64,000 nt of DNA from an uncultured Burkholderiales bacterium (lineage in GTDB: Bacteria; Actinomycetota; Acidimicrobiia; IMCC26256; JAGPDB01). Positions 8,032-17,237 of the stretch are shown in pieces. The stretch covers positions 19,676-83,675 of the forward strand of contig CAYMMG010000005.1 in NCBI GenBank assembly GCA_964391505.1, written 5' to 3'. The notes under the pieces are model-generated. The model did not search any database. It saw only the letters and a list, made by a program, of their open reading frames with translations, and had not been told where the DNA came from. The position numbers and the translations under genes were made by a program. Position 1 is the stretch's first letter. Every line of letters starts with the position of its first letter.

Positions 8032-11000
8032 ATGACGATCGAAAAAACCGCCACAGCCGATGGGGATGATGATTCGGAGATGAAACCCCAGAAGTACGGA
8101 CACGATGAAGAGAGTCCCTCATTTGCTTGGCCGACAGTTGTCGCAGTGGTTGTTACCCATAATCCTGGAGATTGGCTTGAACAGTGTTTGAGCTCAATCG
8201 CAAACCAGGAATATCCCGATTTGACCACTTTGGTTGTGGATGTCTGTTCCGATACAGACGTGACGCAACGTGTTGCGCAGGCAATGCCCACAGCATTTGT
8301 TCGCCGTAGCGAAGAAGATATCAATTTTGCCCAAGCTATTAACACGGCTGTTGATTCTATTGAAGGTGCAACATATGTATTGATTTGCCATGACGATGTA
8401 ATCCTCGAATCTGGAGCAATTGCAGAAATGGTCGAAGAGGCATTCCGCTCCAATGCTTCTATTGTTGGCCCCAAGATGATTGATGCCGCTGTTCCCGATC
8501 AGCTTCTTGAAGTTGGAGGTATGATCGACCGCTTTGGAGTTCCTTTCAGCGGCATCGAGTTTGGTGAAGTCGATCAAGGTCAACACGATGGCGTGCGCGA
8601 TGTTTTCTTTGTTTCGAGTGCGGCCATGCTTGTACGTGCAGATCTTTTTCGGGCGCTAGGTGGATTCGACGTTCATTGTTTTCCTGGCGCAGAAGACATC
8701 GACCTCGCATGGCGTGCCCATCTTGTGAGTGCTCGTGTCCTCGTACAGCCTGAGGCCGTAGTGCGTCACCACAAAACAAGCGACCGTCAAAGAAAAGCAC
8801 GTACATCGGCGACAGCAATTGTTGCGCGCCATCGAATGCGCGCAGTGTTGAAAAATGCCTCTGCAGTTTCGTTAGCGTGGATTTTGCCACTTGCTTTTAT
8901 CCTTCACTCTGTCGAAGGAATTGTTTGGTTGTTGCGGGCGGATCCTCGACGTGCATGGCTTTTATTTTCTGGGTGGATATGGAACATTCGTCATCTCGGA
9001 GATACACGCAGTGAGCGCGCAAAAATTCAAAAGACCCGCGAAGTTTCGGACAGAGTAATTTCAACTCACCAAATTGGTGGTTCTGCTCGGATTCGTCGAT
9101 TCTTTACCTCGCTGATAGAAAATCGACAACTGAAAAAATTTACGAATGCTTCCCGAGTATTTGCGACTGAACGGTATTCTCGTCGAACACGTGAGACACC
9201 TATTTATCTAGCTGCTATGGCAGTGTATTTCATTGCCGTGCGTTCATTAATAATTAATGGGATCAGTGGCGTGGGTGAGTTCTCTCGTTGGCCATCGTTT
9301 TCCAGACAAGTCGAGGCTTTGCTTCATGGTGGTCTTCCGGTATCGCATGAACCAATGTTGTCTTCAACATTTGGTCGCCTCATCGCCTTGTGTCTTACTT
9401 TTTTGTGTGGAAATAATCAAGGTTTAGCGCAAACCGTCTTTGTGCTTTCTCTCATTCCTCTCGGAGGTTACGGAGTCCGGCTATTGCTGAAAGAGCGAGC
9501 TATGGGACCGCGATCTATTGCTTTTGCGGCGATTACGTACGGAACTTTTGCGCTAGGCATGCATGCATTTTCACAAGGTGACCTAGGTTCCCTTGTTTTG
9601 CTTGCAGGGCTACCTTATTTTCTGCGTGCACTCAGCAATCGCAATGTGCGCCAGGTTGGGGTCGTAGCAGCAGTAATGATTGCGTTTTATCCTGCAGCGA
9701 TCGTTGTGTGTTTGGTCATTGGTGCAGCATTTGTTTTCATGGGAGATAAATCTGAAACAGATGCTCTTACGGAATCAAAGACACATGATTTTCTACAGAG
9801 AAGTCGAATCGTATTCTTTGCAGGCGTAATTGGCCTTGTTGTCAATTGCGGATTAATCGTCGATTCGATCCGTGCAATCGATCGCAATACAGTCGGCTTG
9901 TCGGAAACGCCACGGGTATTTCGTGACTACTTGTTCTCGCAGAATAGTGTCATGATTGCATTCTATGTTGCGATTGCAATTTGTACGTGTGCGCTTATTG
10001 TTGGTCGTAATGAGCGTACAGGTGAGCTTCGAATCCTTGCAGTGGCAGCTGTCGTTCTTGGAGTTATGGCTTATTCGGCGATTTATTTTGCACAACCAAT
10101 TTTTCAGGCGAGTGCATTGTATAGTGTCATCCAATTAATGGCGGCAGTTTCCGTTGGTGTATGCGCCCACTCCTATACAGATGAAATGAAGTTACGTTCA
10201 TTTGGTATCTTTCATTTTGCTACAACGTTCTCAATTGTCGCTGTGGTGGTGAGTCTCGTGATGAGTATTCCTGTATTAAGAGTAGGAACTTTCTCTTTAC
10301 CGGAACGAAGTTGGTCCAATCAGATAGAAATTAGCCAGAATGCTCGAGTGCTTTACCTAGGAGATGCCGCGGTTCTCCCAGGTCGCAGCGTTCTCGTTCC
10401 CGGGAATAGAAGTTTTTCGTTAACAAGTGAATCTGGGGCTACTCTTTTGTCTTCCTTCACGGGACCTGCATCTTCGCTCGACGGAGATATTCGAGATGTT
10501 TATTCAGCGATATTGTCTGAGCAAACAACCCATGGAGGATTTCTCCTCGCTCGACTGAGTGTCGGGAGTGTAGCGGTGCCTAGTTCGCGTTCTCCTGAGA
10601 GTACGCAACTTGTTACAGATACAAGATTACTTAATGCGCTCGATCGACAGAGCGATCTCATTCGATTGAGAGATCGTAATGGGCTCGTTGTTTATAGGAA
10701 TGCTTCCTTTGCTGAAGGATACCCTCTTGCAGCTTCTGTCGGCAGTCTCTCTCCAACCCGAGTCTTCGAACTGCGTAACCAACAATCCGCGCTTATCTCA
10801 GAACGCCGCGACCAACCCATAAATCCGCTTACATTGGCATCCATTGCTCTATCACTTTTGGTTCTTGTTCTGAGTGTTCTTTGGCCCAGACGTCACAAAC
10901 TGATCTCTAATCGTTCACTTTTACTCACGAGGGCAGTGTCGCGAAGTCATACGGATAGCGAGCAGAACCAGGATGAAACCTTGGCCCCTCTACCGGTTGT

Positions 11001-11100
11001 TGACTTAGAACAGGAACATTTAGATCATCGTGAAACGCATCCGACGAGCGAGCTTTCTCCACAGGCACATACAGATCCATTATCGAAGGCTGTCAAATGA
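8032..11100 (+). CDS. family 2 glycosyltransferase fused to a large polytopic membrane domain
   Basis: 1022 aa. The N-terminal ~250 aa form a GT-A fold (VVVTHNPG..., CHDDV, GAEDIDLAWR). More than 10 hydrophobic segments follow. Confidence 0.7.
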   Translation: MTIEKTATADGDDDSEMKPQKYGHDEESPSFAWPTVVAVVVTHNPGDWLEQCLSSIANQEYPDLTTLVVDVCSDTDVTQRVAQAMPTAFVRRSEEDINFAQAINTAVDSIEGATYVLICHDDVILESGAIAEMVEEAFRSNASIVGPKMIDAAVPDQLLEVGGMIDRFGVPFSGIEFGEVDQGQHDGVRDVFFVSSAAMLVRADLFRALGGFDVHCFPGAEDIDLAWRAHLVSARVLVQPEAVVRHHKTSDRQRKARTSATAIVARHRMRAVLKNASAVSLAWILPLAFILHSVEGIVWLLRADPRRAWLLFSGWIWNIRHLGDTRSERAKIQKTREVSDRVISTHQIGGSARIRRFFTSLIENRQLKKFTNASRVFATERYSRRTRETPIYLAAMAVYFIAVRSLIINGISGVGEFSRWPSFSRQVEALLHGGLPVSHEPMLSSTFGRLIALCLTFLCGNNQGLAQTVFVLSLIPLGGYGVRLLLKERAMGPRSIAFAAITYGTFALGMHAFSQGDLGSLVLLAGLPYFLRALSNRNVRQVGVVAAVMIAFYPAAIVVCLVIGAAFVFMGDKSETDALTESKTHDFLQRSRIVFFAGVIGLVVNCGLIVDSIRAIDRNTVGLSETPRVFRDYLFSQNSVMIAFYVAIAICTCALIVGRNERTGELRILAVAAVVLGVMAYSAIYFAQPIFQASALYSVIQLMAAVSVGVCAHSYTDEMKLRSFGIFHFATTFSIVAVVVSLVMSIPVLRVGTFSLPERSWSNQIEISQNARVLYLGDAAVLPGRSVLVPGNRSFSLTSESGATLLSSFTGPASSLDGDIRDVYSAILSEQTTHGGFLLARLSVGSVAVPSSRSPESTQLVTDTRLLNALDRQSDLIRLRDRNGLVVYRNASFAEGYPLAASVGSLSPTRVFELRNQQSALISERRDQPINPLTLASIALSLLVLVLSVLWPRRHKLISNRSLLLTRAVSRSHTDSEQNQDETLAPLPVVDLEQEHLDHRETHPTSELSPQAHTDPLSKAVK

Positions 11101-12542
11101 GCAAGATCGACGAACAACATCACAAGCGACGCCAATCTCGGAGTGAACGAAAAAAAATACTTGACGATGTTGCACAACAGTCTTCTAAGTTGGGTTATGT
11201 CATCGTTCTCGTTTGCGTATTTATTGTTATCGCTGGCGCTTTCGCTACACAACAATTCACCAAGCGGGTGGCCGCTGTACCAACAACGAAACCAATTAAC
11301 GCAATTACTGCAAGCGCCCTTTCGACATTCTGGACCTGTCCTCTTTCAGCGGGTCAAAATTCTGACACTCTTTTGCTTGCAAATCCCGATCGTACCCGCA
11401 ATGCTCAGGTTGAAATTACTTCGTATGACGCTGCAGGCACGCTTGTGGGTAAAACGACTCGCAATGTACCCCAGTCATCAAGTGTCGAAATGCCTCTGAG
11501 CGCAGTGAAGGGAACATCGGCTACGTCAATCACTGTAGAAAGTATTGCTAGTTCGATCGTTGTATTTCGAAACATGACACTCGCAGATGGAACGGAGCAT
11601 GTTCCTTGTATCTCCCGTTTTTATTCGCGAGCAGTTTTTCCTAATTTGCAAACAACTCGTAACTCGAATTCCGTTTTAGTTCTCGCTAATCCCTTTGACG
11701 AATCAATTGTGGTCGACATTACAGGGAATCTTCACGATACGACTATAGATCCGCCGCGAGTTGTTCTCGATGAGATAAGGGGTGTCATCATTCCTGCACA
11801 TGGACATGTCAATGTAGATTTGCAAGCAGAGTTCGGTCGGTACAATGTTGTGAGTACGCAGATATCATCACGCAGTGGAGCTTTTGTCGCCGAGGCGCTG
11901 GTAACTTTTTCTGGCGCTGATTCCATTCAAGGACAAACTGTGATGGCAGCGACCGATGAAACAACGAGCACTTCTGGGGTGTATTGGACGGGAGTTTCTC
12001 CTACACGTATCGTTGCGTATAACACTTCCAATCACACGCATTCTCTTCAGCTCGATTCCTTGGGTTTTGACAAGCGCTCTCTTTCGGGGGAATTACAAAG
12101 TATCGCTCCAGGTGCGGGTGCGGTTCTCGACGATGCAGGTACAGAATTATCTACACGTATGCAGACCGTAACACTTCAGAAGGGTAGACATCCGGCAGCG
12201 AATATATACATTTCCTGGCTTCATGGAACGAAGTCAGCAGTTTCTTCAGGACCAAGTAGTACGCGTATGACAGAACGTTCTTTTATTCCGGTCACTTCTG
12301 CAGATGAACTCTCGTTATACAATCCACAGCGAGTTTCGGTAACTGTTACGCTTTCGCTTTACGGCACATCTGAAAAACAGAAGGTAACCTTGGCTTCCGG
12401 TACCTATATTGCCGTTAATCTTGAACGTTTCGATATTGACAAGAATTCTGTAATTGATGTTGTTTCGTCTCACCCAATTGGGCTGGGAGCAGCCGACGGA
12501 ACGTTTACCCGGTATGCATCGGGGATCGAAATTCAGCCATGA
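11097..12542 (+). CDS. membrane-anchored protein of unknown function (DUF5719-like, tentative)
   Basis: 481 aa. ATGA overlap with the upstream GT gene, one N-terminal TM segment, and a beta-rich Ser/Thr-rich body. The family name is from memory of this actinobacterial context. Confidence 0.55.
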   Translation: MSKIDEQHHKRRQSRSERKKILDDVAQQSSKLGYVIVLVCVFIVIAGAFATQQFTKRVAAVPTTKPINAITASALSTFWTCPLSAGQNSDTLLLANPDRTRNAQVEITSYDAAGTLVGKTTRNVPQSSSVEMPLSAVKGTSATSITVESIASSIVVFRNMTLADGTEHVPCISRFYSRAVFPNLQTTRNSNSVLVLANPFDESIVVDITGNLHDTTIDPPRVVLDEIRGVIIPAHGHVNVDLQAEFGRYNVVSTQISSRSGAFVAEALVTFSGADSIQGQTVMAATDETTSTSGVYWTGVSPTRIVAYNTSNHTHSLQLDSLGFDKRSLSGELQSIAPGAGAVLDDAGTELSTRMQTVTLQKGRHPAANIYISWLHGTKSAVSSGPSSTRMTERSFIPVTSADELSLYNPQRVSVTVTLSLYGTSEKQKVTLASGTYIAVNLERFDIDKNSVIDVVSSHPIGLGAADGTFTRYASGIEIQP

Positions 12543-12985
12543 TCTGGATTGCCTACGGTGCAATTATTGTTGCAACCTTTGCCGCGCTTTACTTCGCCCG
12601 ACTGCGTCGCGTGAGCGAGACTTCACCCACTCTATATGATCCACCTTCCAAAGTGGAACGAAATGATTTTGCGGATTGCCAAGCTGATACTCTTGTCGTT
12701 CTTTTTACCTCTCGCGTATGTGATTCTTGCCTTAATGTATCAAAAAAAGCCAGCGTTCTGAGATCGTCATCAGTAGATGTCGTTAATGTTGAATATGAAG
12801 ATCCACAAGGAAAAAAATTGCATTCGAAATATCAAATTGAAGCAGTCCCTACTCTTATCGTTTGTGATGCCAACGGGGTCACCCAAAAGGCCTTTGTGGG
12901 CCCAGTAACCGCTACCGACCTCTGGGCAGCAGTCGCCTCTGCTCGCGGCACCGAAGTGGAAAGTTGCGCAAATCACACTAGCTAA
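12539..12985 (+). CDS. membrane-anchored thioredoxin-fold protein
   Basis: 148 aa. ATGA overlap with the upstream gene, an N-terminal TM segment, a CDSC (CxxC) motif and a downstream AVPT cis-Pro-like motif. Confidence 0.6.
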   Translation: MIWIAYGAIIVATFAALYFARLRRVSETSPTLYDPPSKVERNDFADCQADTLVVLFTSRVCDSCLNVSKKASVLRSSSVDVVNVEYEDPQGKKLHSKYQIEAVPTLIVCDANGVTQKAFVGPVTATDLWAAVASARGTEVESCANHTS

Positions 12986-13040
12986 CAGATCTCTGGGCAG
13001 AATCCGTTTCTGCTCGCGGTGTTGAAGTGTTGCTTGCAGT
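12920..13040 (+). repeat. decayed ~71-bp tandem duplication of the 3' end of the thioredoxin-fold gene
   Basis: CTCTGGGCAGCAGTCGCCTCTGCTCGCGGCACCGAAGTGGA (12920-) versus CTCTGGGCAGAATCCGTTTCTGCTCGCGGTGTTGAAGTGTT (12991-). Confidence 0.7.
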
Positions 13041-13078
13041 AATCATGCGAAATAAAAATGTAATCTTGTAACCCGTCG

Positions 13079-13168
13079 TTTTTTTGGGGTCCATTTGCAA
13101 AAGCGGCGCATTGGTTTATCTTTTGAAAAAAGATAAACCACGTACGCTTGCAAAGGACCGCCAAAAAA
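13079..13168. terminator. bidirectional intrinsic terminator candidate between convergent genes
   Basis: T7-GGGGTCC...GGTTTATCTTTT-GAAA-AAAGATAAACC...GGACCGCC-A6. This is a long compound hairpin with a 12-bp inner stem, flanked by a T-run on the left and an A-run on the right. Confidence 0.65.
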
Positions 13169-13213
13169 CAGATCGATACTTTTTGCGTGATTAATTAATC
13201 GGGATGATATTAG

Positions 13214-15154
13214 CTATTTCACATCCGCGGCAGAAACAGTATTCGCACAGGGTCTGCCCATGGCGGCGTCGACAAGCTCAGAAACTTGTTCACCCGAGAT
13301 CTCTTCATGTTCGACCAATGCATCGCCTACAGCCTCGAGTCCCTTACGATACTCGGTGAGAATATTAGTGACGCGCTCTTCTGTTTTCATGAGTATGGCC
13401 TGAGCTTCTACGTCAATTGTTCGTGCCGTATCGTCAGAGTATGACTTTGATTGCATCATGTCTTCACCAAGAAATACCATGTTGGAATCTCCCCAGGCCA
13501 TAGGCCCTACTTTGTCGGACATTCCCCATTCGCGCACCATGGAATGTGCAATTTCCGTTGCGCGTACAAGGTCGTTGTGTGCTCCCGTGGAAACATTTCC
13601 AAACACGGTACGTTCGGCTCCACGTCCACCCAGCAATACCATCAGCTGGTCATCAAGGTAACTGCGATTGTAGGAGTGACGCTCTTCCAAAGGAAGTTGT
13701 TGGGTCATTCCTAATGCCATACCTGTAGGCAGAATGGTGACCTTGTGAACAGGGTCTGCATTCTTACAGAGATAGGCAAGGATAGCGTGGCCTCCTTCGT
13801 GGTATGCAGTGAGTTTCTTTTCGTGTTCATTCATCATGATGCTTGGACGACGAAGACCCATGAGCACGCGATCGATTGCTGAATTGAAATCAGCAGCATG
13901 AATATTGGTTTCTCCACGACGCACAGCGTGAAGAGCAGCTTCGTTGACAAGGTTGGAAAGTTCTGCACCACTCATTCCAGGTGTAGCGCGGGACAGAGTG
14001 TCAACTAGGACATCTTCTCCTATTTTCTTCCCTTTAAAATGGACCTCCAAGATACGAGCTCGTTCTTCCTGAGTTGGAAGAGGAACAACGATTTGTCGGT
14101 CGAAACGACCGGGGCGAAGCAAAGCGGTATCGAGAATGTCAGGTCGGTTTGTAGCTGCCATCATGACGATGCCTTCAGTTGGTTCGAAACCGTCCATTTC
14201 AGAAAGCATTTGATTCAGTGTTTGTTCACGCTCGTCATGTCCGCCGCCCATCCCTGCGCCACGTTTACGCCCAATGGAATCGATTTCATCTACGAAGATG
14301 ATTGCGGGTGCACTCTTTTTTGCTGTTGCAAAGAGGTCGCGTACACGCGATGCACCCACACCGACAAACATTTCCATGAAATCAGAACCTGTGACCGAAA
14401 TGAAAGGAACACCGGCTTCTCCTGCCACTGCACGTGCAATCAAGGTCTTGCCGGTTCCTGGGGGACCAACGAGAAGAACGCCACGAGGAATGCGAGCTCC
14501 GATGTCACGAAACTTCGCAGGATTTTTTAAGAAGTCAACAACTTCAGATATTTCCTGCTTGACGGCAGAATAACCCGCAACATCTTCAAATGTCGTTTTA
14601 GGGTTTTCAGTTGAATAAATTTTCGCTTTGCTGCGACCAATATTCATAACCGAACCCATTTGGCCTTGTGCCCGTCGTGAAAGAAACAAGAAAAGACCAA
14701 CGAGTATGAGAACCGGAAGAACGTAAGGAATGAGATTGATCAGAAAATTTGATTCTGCTTTCTTGTAGCTAAAGTTGACATTCTTATCTTCAAGAAGTTT
14801 CAGAACTCGATCGGGAAGGTCGTCAAGCGGACCGTCTGTTTTGTAGTCAATATTTCCCTTAAATTCTTTCTTAAAGGTACCGCGAATGTTTCCTGTCAGA
14901 GGCTCATACGATGCAGTTTTAACGTTACCCTTTTCTACGAGCGTGAGAAAACTAGTTTCTGTTCCTGAATATTTTATTGCGGTCTCTTTTTTACTGTCGA
15001 GAAACTGATTCGAGCTCATGAGCAACACCAATACAATGGCTCCCATGGCGATCCATGCCCAGGTGGTGGGTCGGCGCGACGTTGGTGGCTTGGGTACTTT
15101 CTGACCTGAAGATTTTGGACTTGGTGTTTTGGGTGTTGGCTGAGGTTCAGTCAT
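13214..15154 (-). CDS. ftsH: ATP-dependent zinc metalloprotease FtsH
   Basis: 646 aa with Walker A GPPGTGKT, Walker [12 protein letters not shown] region, HEGGHA zinc motif and two N-terminal TM segments. Confidence 0.95.
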   Translation of the reverse strand: MTEPQPTPKTPSPKSSGQKVPKPPTSRRPTTWAWIAMGAIVLVLLMSSNQFLDSKKETAIKYSGTETSFLTLVEKGNVKTASYEPLTGNIRGTFKKEFKGNIDYKTDGPLDDLPDRVLKLLEDKNVNFSYKKAESNFLINLIPYVLPVLILVGLFLFLSRRAQGQMGSVMNIGRSKAKIYSTENPKTTFEDVAGYSAVKQEISEVVDFLKNPAKFRDIGARIPRGVLLVGPPGTGKTLIARAVAGEAGVPFISVTGSDFMEMFVGVGASRVRDLFATAKKSAPAIIFVDEIDSIGRKRGAGMGGGHDEREQTLNQMLSEMDGFEPTEGIVMMAATNRPDILDTALLRPGRFDRQIVVPLPTQEERARILEVHFKGKKIGEDVLVDTLSRATPGMSGAELSNLVNEAALHAVRRGETNIHAADFNSAIDRVLMGLRRPSIMMNEHEKKLTAYHEGGHAILAYLCKNADPVHKVTILPTGMALGMTQQLPLEERHSYNRSYLDDQLMVLLGGRGAERTVFGNVSTGAHNDLVRATEIAHSMVREWGMSDKVGPMAWGDSNMVFLGEDMMQSKSYSDDTARTIDVEAQAILMKTEERVTNILTEYRKGLEAVGDALVEHEEISGEQVSELVDAAMGRPCANTVSAADVK

Positions 15155-15373
15155 GTTTTACCTTAATAAGTAGTCTCTGGATTGTTCCGAGATAGTCTCT
15201 GGAACTGGGCGCTTTACTGCCTTTATACGTTTAACCATGTTAGGCGCAATGGGTGTCTGGCTCGGAGTTAGGGGCAAATGTGTAGTGGAAAGGATGTACA
15301 TAAGTCGCTGATCTGCAAACAAACGTATGCGCACAAATCTGAATAACGCCAGCGACTCGACAAAACTTCCCAT

Positions 15374-16141
15374 GTGGAAAATATTGTTGCGCCGCCCGAG
15401 CGCGTTCCGAAGTTTTCTGTCCTGGCGGGGATAGGTGGAATTGTTGTTTATCTCACAAGTTCTATACCTTTCATTATTATTGCCGGCTTCATTAAGATCG
15501 CATCTCTTCAAGCAGAGAAAGGAACATTGAGCAACGAGGAAAGCACTCAGGCATTAAAGGATATAGTTAAAAACCCCTTCGTTCTCGTCGGTGCACTTGT
15601 AGTACAAAGCACTTGTCTCTTTCTTTACGTCGCAGCAGTAAGCTGGATCCGAGGGACAAGAAATCCTTTTCGTGATATTGGTTTCCGATTTACTCGCAGT
15701 AGTTTATTTTTTATTGCTGGCGGGGCAGCACTCCAATTTGTTGGTTTGATTATCGGAATTCCTCTAGCTCTTTTGAAAGATAACCCCGCCGAGCAAGAAA
15801 TTGTTACAGGCGTTAAATCAGCACAGGGATGGGGATTCTTTCTCCTCATGGTGATGGTGGCTTTTGTTGTTCCCGTTGCAGAAGAAGTATGTTTCCGCGG
15901 TTTGTTTATGCGCGGGTTAGCTAAGAAAGTTGCGCCCACCATAGCGATTTTGATTACGGGTGCACTTTTTGCTGTCATTCATTTGGGCGATCCCAACGCC
16001 TTTCTTGGTTTGACAACGCTATTTATTTTCGGGCTCGCAGCTTCAGCGCTTGCAATGTATCGGGGGCGGATCGATGCTTCGATATGTTTACATATCGGTT
16101 TTAATTTGACCACGGTGCTTTTTATATTGGTTACGCGCTAA
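15374..16141 (+). CDS. CPBP family intramembrane glutamic endopeptidase (CAAX/Abi type)
   Basis: 255 aa, polytopic, with EEVCFRGL and FAVIHL motifs. Confidence 0.75.
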   Translation: MENIVAPPERVPKFSVLAGIGGIVVYLTSSIPFIIIAGFIKIASLQAEKGTLSNEESTQALKDIVKNPFVLVGALVVQSTCLFLYVAAVSWIRGTRNPFRDIGFRFTRSSLFFIAGGAALQFVGLIIGIPLALLKDNPAEQEIVTGVKSAQGWGFFLLMVMVAFVVPVAEEVCFRGLFMRGLAKKVAPTIAILITGALFAVIHLGDPNAFLGLTTLFIFGLAASALAMYRGRIDASICLHIGFNLTTVLFILVTR

Positions 16142-16218
16142 GTCTTTAAGGTCCTTGTTGAACGCGATGAGCAGGGAATATACCTGCGAACGTTGCTCAT
16201 TCAAGTATTTGGTCAATA

Positions 16219-16440
16219 ATGCCGATTATTCGTGTATCAAGTTTTGATGATCCTAAGGAGACTCTCATGCGCTGCCCTAACTGTAAAAGCGATACATACG
16301 TAGAAATTACCATGGCATTAGGTGACAATGATGTTGCATTCCGTCGCTGTGGACGTTGCGAAACTCAAAAATGGGAAAGCGAAGAGCAAGATATAGATCT
16401 CACAAGTGTTCTCGCCTACGCAAAGAATCTGCAAGTCTAA
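16219..16440 (+). CDS. small zinc-ribbon protein (DUF3499-like)
   Basis: 73 aa with CPNC...CGRC Cys4. Its position beside phosphomannomutase resembles actinobacterial synteny. Confidence 0.6.
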   Translation: MPIIRVSSFDDPKETLMRCPNCKSDTYVEITMALGDNDVAFRRCGRCETQKWESEEQDIDLTSVLAYAKNLQV

Positions 16441-17153
16441 ATACGCGCGAGATTGGCGGCCGCAATTCCCGCGGCGCGTCCAGCTCCCTCGAGAGAGCCT
16501 GCAATACGAGCGATGTCAGGTCGGCTATCATCCATAAGAATGCTTAGTGCGGCGTCACAAATCATGCGACCGCTCCGAGCGAAGTGTTCGCGAACAACTG
16601 GTCTCTCATCTTGGGCGATAAGAATTTGAACTCCTTCTGGCAATTTGCGTTCACTGTCGATAAGTGCAAATGCTTCGCTCTTCGTCGAATCTCGCATAAA
16701 CCTCAGTACCGTGTCTTCGTCGAGCTTTACGACATCGCCGTACTTTATAACGCTACAAAGAATATCGTTTTCGCTTTCTTGGACTGCCGCATGTAAACAA
16801 TTGCGTATATTTTTCCATCCTTCGCTTGCGCGCTGAGAGTTTTCTCGGAATCGATTGATGGCACTGAGCACCGCTTCTCGTTTAACCGAATCGCTGCATG
16901 TAGCGAGGCCAGCTAATAAATCGCTATTCAAGCGTGGCCCACTTGTGTTCCTAATTGCCTTGCGAATAACCGTGCTGATCACTGTCCGAATCGTATCGGC
17001 GGTCGTAATACTTACCATTGCCTCTACCGCACGTTTATCTAAGGGATGCGTTCGTGAGAGCATAATTTTGAATGCTTCATCGATTTCGCTCCCTTTAAGG
17101 TTTAATAATCTTTTGACTTCTGCTGGCAGCGATGTATTAGGTGATTTCGTCAT
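16437..17153 (-). CDS. hypothetical alpha-helical protein
   Basis: 238-aa ORF convergent with the zinc-ribbon gene. No recognisable motif. Confidence 0.5.
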   Translation of the reverse strand: MTKSPNTSLPAEVKRLLNLKGSEIDEAFKIMLSRTHPLDKRAVEAMVSITTADTIRTVISTVIRKAIRNTSGPRLNSDLLAGLATCSDSVKREAVLSAINRFRENSQRASEGWKNIRNCLHAAVQESENDILCSVIKYGDVVKLDEDTVLRFMRDSTKSEAFALIDSERKLPEGVQILIAQDERPVVREHFARSGRMICDAALSILMDDSRPDIARIAGSLEGAGRAAGIAAANLARI

Positions 17154-17237
17154 GCGTCTTAGTGTATCAAGAACCAGAAAAATGCGTCAAAACCGTAAAG
17201 GCTGCTCAAGTCGATCATGTTCTGCAACAATGTATGA

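Noticed and set aside
8025-8890. Minus-strand ORFs 8025-8474, 8194-8586 and 8546-8890. Similar antisense or out-of-frame ORFs occur inside ftsH (14039-14573), rpiA (50719-51237), the PP-loop::MurD gene (46302-46775, 47429-47893), manB (21134-21640) and elsewhere.
   Set aside because: All are embedded in, and opposite or out of frame to, genes with strong domain evidence. Their translations lack motifs.
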